6,983 bases of DNA. Origin: Octopus sinensis (taxonomy: Eukaryota). The notes beneath the pieces were generated by a model, which made no database searches, had not been told where the DNA came from, and saw only the letters and a list, made by a program, of their open reading frames with translations. Below, one piece after another: positions 1 to 6,983 of the stretch. The DNA lies in NCBI RefSeq assembly GCF_006345805.1, contig NW_021829093.1:1-6983 (forward strand), written 5' to 3'. The number at the start of each line of letters is the position of its first letter. Within the stretch, counting starts at the first letter, position 1. Made by a program: the position numbers and the translations under genes.

Positions 1-234
1 TCATTTTAAAAATAACAGTCACATCATCGAAATCTCGAAACTATATGATAGTGCATGATGAATTCAAAATAATGTAAATCAATAAGCATTATACTTGTTA
101 GATTAATCTGAATACTAAAGAGTTAAGAACATACTTTTTAAAAAACAGTTAAAGGATGATTATCAGAAGAAATTGACCAAACAACAGGCTATTGTTGTGC
201 GCCGTAGAAAGGATATATGTAATACATTTGTGCT

Positions 235-618
235 CCTTTTATCTTTTATCTTATACTTGTTTCAGCCATTCGATACGGCCATGCTGGGGTACCGCCTTGA
301 AATTTTAGTGAAATTAATCGACCCCAGTACTTTTGTTAAGGCCTGGTACATATTCAATCGGTATCTTTTACCGAACCTCCAGTTTACGAGGACGTAAATA
401 CATCAAGTGATGATAGGGTACAAACACAGATACAAAGACACACACATAGATGTACACCGGGTTGCTTTTAGTTTCCGTCTACTAAATCTACTGACAAGGA
501 TTTGGTCGGCCTAATGCTATAGTAGCAGCCACTTACTCAAGGTGTCACACAGTGGGACTGAACCCGAAACTATGTGGTTTGGAAGCAAACTACTTACAAC
601 ACAGCCACGCCAGTGCCT
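235..618 (-). mobile_element. tRNA-derived SINE (octopus OR/CORE-type), near full length, diverged copy
   Basis: Colinear with the SINE at 6313-6731 along its length. The minus strand starts AGGCACTGGCGTGGCTGTGT (A-box-like) and has B-box-like GGTTCAGTCCC (+ 554-564). The body shares blocks ggccatgctgg, atcgacccc and agtttccgtctac, and the 3' tail is (GATAAAA)n at ~235-255. The family name comes from recall, not a database search. Confidence 0.85.
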
Positions 619-644
619 ATGCTTTAATTTATGTGATTTAGTCA

Positions 645-750
645 TAGATAGATAGATACATAGATACGTACATACATACATACATACATACATACATACA
701 TACATACATACATACATCATACATAGACAGACAGACAGAGAGAGAGATAA

Positions 751-783
<33 letters not shown>

Positions 784-930
784 GAGATAGATAGATATTG
801 CATTATGTATTTATGTGTGTATGTACGTATGTTTCTATGTATGTATGTATGTATGTATGCATGTATGTATGTATGCATGTATGTATGTATGCATGCATGT
901 ATTTTGCGGGGTGTATACATGCATATACAA
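645..930. repeat. Compound microsatellite: (TAGA)n, (TACA)n, (AGAC)n/(AG)n, (GATA)n, (TATG)n
   Basis: Tetranucleotide arrays visible directly; they generate the spurious ORFs 517-720, 717-920 and 798-1049. Confidence 0.97.
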
Positions 931-1515
931 TCAGAAACCTAAACGCTACAAAAGTTCAATTCACTAAAGACACAAGTGAATTTAAGTTAATGATGAACTG
1001 GATATCTAACTTTACAAGAGAAAGAGGGAAAGAGACAGATGAAGAGTAAGAGAAAACGAAAGAGAAAGGGAGTAGAGGGGGGAGATGGGGATACTATAGA
1101 AATTAATTATATCCAAACAGATTTTGAATTTATTTTTCTGTTTGGTTAACGATTCCAATTATTTGCTTTTCATAATTTCTAAATGCTCTTTGCGTAAAAC
1201 CTGTATCTGATATCCTTTTTACCTGCAAGAGTATTATTTCATATTGTTCTCGTAAATGCTTCACTCATTTTTAATTATGAATAATAATTATGGTCTTCAA
1301 CCTCAATATTATATTTCAAGCCTTTTTAATGTTATGTTTAGGTAATGAATTTTCAAAAAAATTGTTTTTAAGATTTGGTTTTATAGTATTAAACATCGGT
1401 TTCTCGAGTAACATATCGTATAACGAGATGTACTGGAATAGTAAGTGTTCTGATCTGAAACTGTGTGTTGAAACGAAGACGATTGCAGCGCGGGAGATTT
1501 AGAAACACATAAAGG

Positions 1516-1740
1516 TTACTCTTTTACTCTTTTATTAGCTTCAGTGATTCGACTGTGGCCATGCTGGAGTAGCGCCTTTAGTCGAGCAAATCTACCCCAA
1601 GACTTATGTTTTGTAAGCCTAGTACTTATTCTATCGTTCTCATTTGCCGAACCGCTAAGTTACGGGGACATAAACACACCAGCATCGGTTGCCAAGCAAT
1701 GCTGGGGGGACAAACACAGACACACAAGCATATACACACA
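1516..1740 (-). mobile_element. 3' half of a split SINE (same family)
   Basis: Starts with the tail ttactcttttactctttt, then tgtggccatgctggag...gccgaaccgctaagttacgggga...aaacacaccagcatcggttg, highly similar to 6313-6536. It ends in the CA/TA microsatellite exactly where the intact copy has its internal (TA)n. Confidence 0.9.
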
Positions 1741-1785
1741 TACATACATATATATACATATGTATGTATATATATATATACATAC

Positions 1786-1822
<37 letters not shown>

Positions 1823-1828
1823 TATATT
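1728..1828. repeat. (CA/CATA/TA)n microsatellite, internal tract of the split SINE
   Basis: Visible directly. Confidence 0.95.
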
Positions 1829-1910
1829 ATATTATATTAAATTAGAGATAAAACCACTATTAGGCAAATCAAACAGTGAAAATCATAAACCAATACATAG
1901 AAATAAAATT
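1829..1910 (+). repeat. Left terminal inverted repeat (82 bp)
   Basis: ATATTATATTAAATTAGAGATAAAACCACTATTAGGCAAATCAAACAGTGAAAATCATAAACCAATACATAGAAATAAAATT; perfect match to the reverse complement of 2768-2849. Confidence 0.97.
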
Positions 1911-2119
1911 AATTAATAAAAATATATAAATATAAAAATATTTAAATTAGAGTTAAAATTTTAAAAATTATTTAAATTAATAATTTATACTTATAAATTT
2001 TTAATATGTATTATATTATTTTTTATTATTATTTTATTTATTTATTAATTTTTATTTATTAAGTTTTTTTTTTATATAACTATCAAAAAGTATTAAAAGT
2101 TTAATATAAGATAAAGAGT

Positions 2120-2224
2120 AAAACCACTACGATCGTTTCATGCCCATTAACCAATTCGAATAACAATAATTTAAATTCAATTAATAATTCGAATTATGGT
2201 TATAGTCAATCTTCAGGTTAATTA
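2120..2224 (-). ncRNA. Hammerhead ribozyme-like motif, minimal type I (Penelope/retrozyme style), probably partly degenerate
   Basis: Minus strand: CUGAAGA (2216-2210); stem II with UAACC/GGUUA and AAUUCGAAU/AUUCGAAUU pairings; GAAA (2139-2136); palindromic stem III ACGAUCGU (2136-2129); cleavage triplet GUA (2130-2128). Stem I has only 2 clean pairs next to the core, and the stem II base is U-U rather than the usual G-C. Confidence 0.65.
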
Positions 2225-2767
2225 TAATATTTAAATAAATAATCATAAATATTTAAACAATATTTTTTAAGAGATGAATAAAATAACAATTTTTCTTATT
2301 AAAATCTCTATAATCAAACTAGAAACTTAACGATTATGATTATGTTATACACTCGATTATAATGTTAAATATTAATTTTTAATTTTTAAGTATTAATTTT
2401 TAAGGTAAGAAACCCACAAATAATATAATATCAGTTATAATCAATATCTAATTACATAAATATTTTACAAAAAAAAATAACTATTCATATTATTAAATAT
2501 ATGATATTTGAATAATATATAAATATCAATGAAAATATAATGTATATAAAAATATTAGAATTAAGATCTAAAATTATCTCTATAAATAAATATATGCACG
2601 TATAATAAAGACCTAATAAATTAATTATCATTATTACAATAAAAATATAAAAATATTAAAGATGAATAATTAGATCATTACATCAATATTTACATAAAAA
2701 AACAATAATATTATACCATAAGACTTATAAAATATTTGAATTTAAAAATTTTTAAATCTTAAATATA

Positions 2768-2849
2768 AATTTTATTTCTATGTATTGGTTTATGATTTTC
2801 ACTGTTTGATTTGCCTAATAGTGGTTTTATCTCTAATTTAATATAATAT
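2768..2849 (-). repeat. Right terminal inverted repeat (82 bp)
   Basis: Exact reverse complement of 1829-1910. Confidence 0.97.
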
Positions 2850-2869
2850 GTATATATATTTATACTATA

Positions 2870-2897
2870 AAATTAGATTTAATCCTAAATCTAATTT
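2870..2897. repeat. Perfect 12-bp hairpin AAATTAGATTTA-atcc-TAAATCTAATTT
   Basis: Arms 2870-2881 and 2886-2897 are exact reverse complements with a 4-nt loop. Confidence 0.9.
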
Positions 2898-2954
2898 CTC
2901 CCTGTAAGTTTGGATTTACTCCCTAATATTATTATATATATATATATATATATA

Positions 2955-3108
2955 CGACGGGATACTTTCAGTTTCCGTCTACCAAACCTACTCACAAGGA
3001 TTTGGTCAACCTGAGGTTATAGTAGAAGACACTTTCCCAAGGTGCTACTGAACCCGGAACCATGTAGTTGGTAAGCAAGATACTTACCACGCAGCCACTC
3101 CTGCGCCT
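2955..3108 (-). mobile_element. 5' half (tRNA-like head) of the split SINE
   Basis: Follows (TA)n at ~2933-2954. cgacgg...ttcagtttccgtctaccaaa...ctcacaaggatttgg...tatagtagaagacac...gccactcctgcgcct matches 6567-6731. It has a net 10-nt deletion at ~3046 affecting the B-box. Confidence 0.92.
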
Positions 3109-3465
3109 ATGGTTTTTAACTTTACTTAAATATGTATTGTTTGTAATATGGTTCCAAACTTTACGTCACTGGAAAATGCGACTTAGTCACAAAATAACGT
3201 TGTCAGTTTACTAGGTTGTAGTTGGTGCGGCGAAAATTTTACACCAAATAATAAATGTTTAAGCGAAATTACCAGACTTTGTGTGTTTTTAAATAGCTAA
3301 CGTGTTTTCCACGGCAATCGCTTTATTGTATATAGCAAAAGGAATTTTTATTGTTAACTATTTGAACGTGATGCACAGGGCCTTCCTTATACGTAGTTAA
3401 GCAATTGCCCATTTATGCACAGTTGGCCTGTTCACTTCGCACAGATGATGAATATCCTTGTCATT

Positions 3466-3652
3466 CTAATCTTTTTGATACCAACCCGCCTGAAGCCGCC
3501 TTTAGTTCTCTGATATAAACTTCTAGGTTTGATGTAATCTAAGTTAAAATCTTTCATCAAAATTTCAGGTTAATTTGTTCCAAACACCTGTTTAATAATA
3601 ACAGTTATTTGTGTGAATTTTTCCACAAGTATATGGTAACGAATTTGGCTAG
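3466..3652. mobile_element. Possible degenerate short MITE (piggyBac-like ends)
   Basis: Ends ctaatctttttgatacc ... ggtaacgaatttggctag are a weak inverted pair, resembling TTAACCCTTT(T/C)G(A/T)TACC-type termini I recall from a cephalopod repeat. No clean TTAA target duplication; not verified. Confidence 0.35.
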
Positions 3653-5327
3653 GTATAAGGACCAGTGCTTAATAGAAGGCGAAACGTGTGATGAAATGTG
3701 TTTCATTCCAAGAGGCACTTGTAATTAAAATAATATAGTTCCAGCTAAAAATTCTCACTGCAAGTTTAATAACTTTCATTTAATCTAGGACAAAACAACG
3801 TTTACAAACTTAAATATTATTTTCTCATATTCTTTCTTAACATAAACAATATACACAAACCAACATAGATACTTGTGTCTAAATGAAAAGAATTCCATTT
3901 ATGCGCAATTAAACCCCGCCCACCTTTTCAGCATGAGGGTGAGGGATAAAAAGCAGTTGCATATGTAGCATTTATGTCTCCTTGCTTCAGCGACATTAAC
4001 GTTAGCAGTTCAGCCATTGACTTAATAAAACTTCTCTTAGTGTTACTGCTTAGCCCCAGATTAGTCCCGACCCGAGTGAGCACAGCTATGATGAACTTGA
4101 TTTCAACCAAGATCATCATGTCCTTTTCTATGTGTAGGACTACATTAGCCAGTCTGACCTTTCAATTTTCGTTTCGTAGAGTGAGGTTTAGAAGTTTAGC
4201 TATTTTTACAAGTAGACCGATAGATTAAGTAACGGCACAATAGGTATCTCTTCGTTTCAATCTGATTAGATAAGCCTGTTATAAATGTAGTTCAATCTAA
4301 TATAATGAAGCAGCCACAAAGTATCACACAGGAATATATCTTTATATCGAGTGTCTCACTTATGTGATTGCAAACTACCTCGTTATCTACTTTAAATTAT
4401 GCCTCTTTAAGTTCAATAAACTAAATGTCTGTGCTATATCTTGAGCAAATAAGCGCTGCCATTCGTTAGATACAATGTAGCGCCATAGTATATACGATAC
4501 GGCATTATTTTACTTCCTGTTTCATTCTAATTTTAAGTCTTATTAATATCGTCCTTGAATTTATATCCACCAGGGTTTGATTAAATAGGAGTCAGTTATA
4601 GACTAAGCAAAATTCATTTGACTATGTTGTGGCAAAAGTCTACATTTGTGGCGATAGAAGATAATCAGATATATTGAAAGGCGAATGGACACGAAATTGC
4701 TCAACATCCTCCTGCCATTTCTATAGCAACTAATTTACCCTCTGCTCCTCGGATTTAGCCATTCTTTTGCTACCCTCACTTAGGGACAACCGACTCACTC
4801 GTGTCTCCCCTTCCTAACGATCACAGCATGCAAGAAATTTGCTCGTTGGGTGGATAAAGGATGTCAGCGATATAAATGGAGGTAAAAGAAAATATTAAAA
4901 TCAAAACGTTGTCAAACGTTCTGAGGTATTTGCTTCTACAATACATTTGTTATTGCTGGGAATTGACTAACAGATGAGTCCCTACGTGATCCCTTAATTA
5001 CTAGAAATATCAACCAAATCTCCTTTAAATAACATCATGTCATTTTTCCCCATTAAAGTGCAAAGGTTACTTGGATAATGTAATCATAGATGAGGTATCT
5101 TTTTAGCTAGCACATGTCGAATTTTTTTTTTCGTTATTTGATATTGGAGTGACGATTACATAAATACATATAGTTTAATTTTAGGTGAATGCTTATAGGT
5201 AATCCTTTTAAATTCGGCATTGCAGACTTTTATGAAGGCCCATCCATGTCCTAGCTAAATTTCATAACTGAAGAAGATACAGGATGGTCACAGCTGGGTT
5301 GACTCTGAACATATGAATATCTCAAAT

Positions 5328-5376
5328 AGGTGTAAACAACAAAGAAAATCTGCTGAGGTGTAAACAACAAAGAAAA
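5328..5376 (+). repeat. Tandem direct repeat of 21 bp (AGGTGTAAACAACAAAGAAAA x2, period 28)
   Basis: Identical copies at 5328-5348 and 5356-5376. Confidence 0.95.
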
Positions 5377-5610
5377 CAGCGAACTAACACAGAAAAACAG
5401 ACGTGAAAACATGCAGCGAGAAAATATATTTGCTCTATGCACAAGAAATATGTTTAGCCAACAACCTGCTGAGAAGAGAGATGATTGCGTACATATGGAA
5501 TCGCGCCCAAAAAGATACAGGTGTGTGTCTAAACTGTAAATCAGTAAACAAACTTCAGAATTATGAATTTCAGTGAAAAGTTGCTTTATGTACACATATA
5601 CAAATATAGA

Positions 5611-5774
<164 letters not shown>

Positions 5775-5795
5775 AAGATCTCACCCTCTTTAATT

Positions 5796-5866
5796 CTTTC
5801 TTTCTCTCTCTCTCTCTCTTGGTCATTTCTCGGCCCTCCTCAATCCCCCCTCTCTCTTTCTCTCTC
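5796..5866. repeat. (CT)n / pyrimidine-rich tract
   Basis: Visible directly. Confidence 0.85.
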
Positions 5867-6312
5867 ACCTTCTTGCAAACCTACTACTGCTAAGCCATTC
5901 CACGGCTGGCAGCGGTTCGTACTACACGTCTTCTCTACCGAAAAGGTAACCACTTCCCACGCTGCTGACCAACTGTTTTGTCTCATTTTGTCTCAAAGTC
6001 GTATGACGACCCCGTATCATTCCTGTTTTTATTCGTTACTGTAAATTTTATCTTCGTCTCTTGTTTTCCTTTTCGTCTCGACTGTCACATTCTTTCCTTC
6101 TACCAAGCAAATCTAATGCCCATAGCTTAGCTTTTGCCTTGGGCTGGCCTTTTCGGAGCAAATCTCAGAATTAAACAGCCGAAATTTGCCACGATGAATC
6201 GGTGTCTGACTGAAGAATGAAGGCTCTGAATTACTGTCCGTTTTTCCGTGTTTGTCCAGTCGTGAATTTCACGTCCTTTATATATAAGTTTTATTCTATA
6301 TATATATATATA

Positions 6313-6533
6313 TTCTTTTACTCTTTTATTCTCTTATTTGTTTCAGTCATTTGACTGTGGCCATGCTGGAGCACCGCTTTTAGTCGAACAAATCGACCCT
6401 AGGACTTATTCTTTGTAAGCCTCGTACACATTCTATCGGCCTGTTTTGCCGAACCGCTAAGTTACGGGGACGCAAACACACCAGGATTGGTTATCAAGCG
6501 ATGATCAGGGGTGGGGATAAACACTGACACACA

Positions 6534-6568
<35 letters not shown>

Positions 6569-6731
6569 GACAGGCTTCATTCAGTTTCCGTCTACCAAAT
6601 CCACTCACAAGGATTTGGTTGGCCCGAGGCTATAGTAGAAGACACTTGCCTAAGGTGCCACGCATTGGGACTGAACCCGGCACCATTTGGTTGGTAAGTA
6701 AGCTACTTACCACTCATCCACTCCTGCGCCT
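6313..6731 (-). mobile_element. Full-length intact SINE with internal (TA)n
   Basis: Minus strand: AGGCGCAGGAG head, A-box-like TGGATGAGTGG (+ 6710-6720), B-box-like GGTTCAGTCCC (+ 6667-6677), CACCTTAGGCAAGTG (6643-6657) resembling the CORE-SINE/MIR ACCTTGGGCAAGT motif, internal (TA)n ~6537-6566, and a 3' (GAGTAAAA)-like tail at 6313-6335. Confidence 0.92.
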
Positions 6732-6861
<130 letters not shown>

Positions 6862-6983
6862 AGTAGAATAATAAGAAAGTTTTTGGTGCTGTGTAATGTT
6901 GTTGAAAAAATGAGATAGCTTTTTTGGGGTGGGGATAATTTGTATCTTAATAATAATAATGTTTACAGTGGGTAACTCTGGTA

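Larger units (their letters stand above)
1829..2849. mobile_element. ~1.02 kb AT-rich foldback element with 82-bp perfect terminal inverted repeats; putative non-autonomous Penelope-like or MITE-like element
   Basis: 1829-1910 is the exact reverse complement of 2768-2849 (checked base by base). The interior is extremely AT-rich and non-coding and contains a hammerhead-like motif. It is flanked by TA-rich repeats and interrupts a SINE. The class assignment is inference. Confidence 0.75.

Noticed and set aside
554-618. SINE heads as tRNA genes
   Set aside because: Only A/B-box-like motifs remain, with no convincing cloverleaf, and they are contiguous with SINE bodies.
173-1049. ORFs 173-397, 517-720, 717-920 and 798-1049
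   Set aside because: They are translations of SINE sequence and tetranucleotide repeats (MYVC, IHTY, LSIY); no coding signal.
1544-1916. Three overlapping ORFs 1544-1840, 1606-1845 and 1689-1916
   Set aside because: They run through the SINE 3' half and a stop-free TA/CA microsatellite.
1911-2767. AT-rich interior as a NUMT (mitochondrial control region, rRNA or gene)
   Set aside because: No mitochondrial tRNA fold, no conserved 12S/16S motifs and no sustained ORF recognised; the TIRs and hammerhead motif explain it better. A BLASTN against mitogenomes would settle it.
4453-4483. Imperfect hairpin GCGCTGCCATT...AATGTAGCGC
   Set aside because: About 10 bp with a bulge and a G-U pair; expected by chance in 7 kb and has no supporting context.
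4971-5030. CAGATGAGTCC resembling CUGAUGAGUCC; also CTGAAGA at ~6210
   Set aside because: Neither has a complementary stem II closing onto GAAA, or stems I and III.
5268-5340. Second hammerhead candidate: CTGAAGA-AGATA...TATCT-CAAA
   Set aside because: It has CAAA instead of the required GAAA, no stem I, and a poor stem III.
5328-5376. Direct repeat as a CRISPR-like array
   Set aside because: Only two units with a 7-nt gap, in eukaryotic context; a simple tandem duplication.

Overview
AT-rich, non-coding eukaryotic DNA, most likely octopus/cephalopod intronic or intergenic sequence. That assignment rests on my recognition of the SINE family and the dense TA/CATA/GATA microsatellites, not on a search. 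No credible protein-coding gene is present; most listed ORFs are microsatellite or SINE read-through. There are three minus-strand copies of a tRNA-headed SINE: 235-618, 1516-3108 (split) and 6313-6731. The middle copy is interrupted in its internal (TA)n tract by an ~1.1 kb very AT-rich insert. About 1 kb of that insert (1829-2849) is bounded by perfect 82-bp inverted repeats. It carries a minus-strand hammerhead-ribozyme-like motif: CUGAAGA core, long stem II, GAAA, palindromic stem III ACGAUCGU and a GUA cleavage triplet. This resembles the minimal type I hammerheads of Penelope-like elements and retrozymes, although stem I is degenerate. The candidate system is a non-autonomous, microsatellite-inserted, ribozyme-bearing foldback element.
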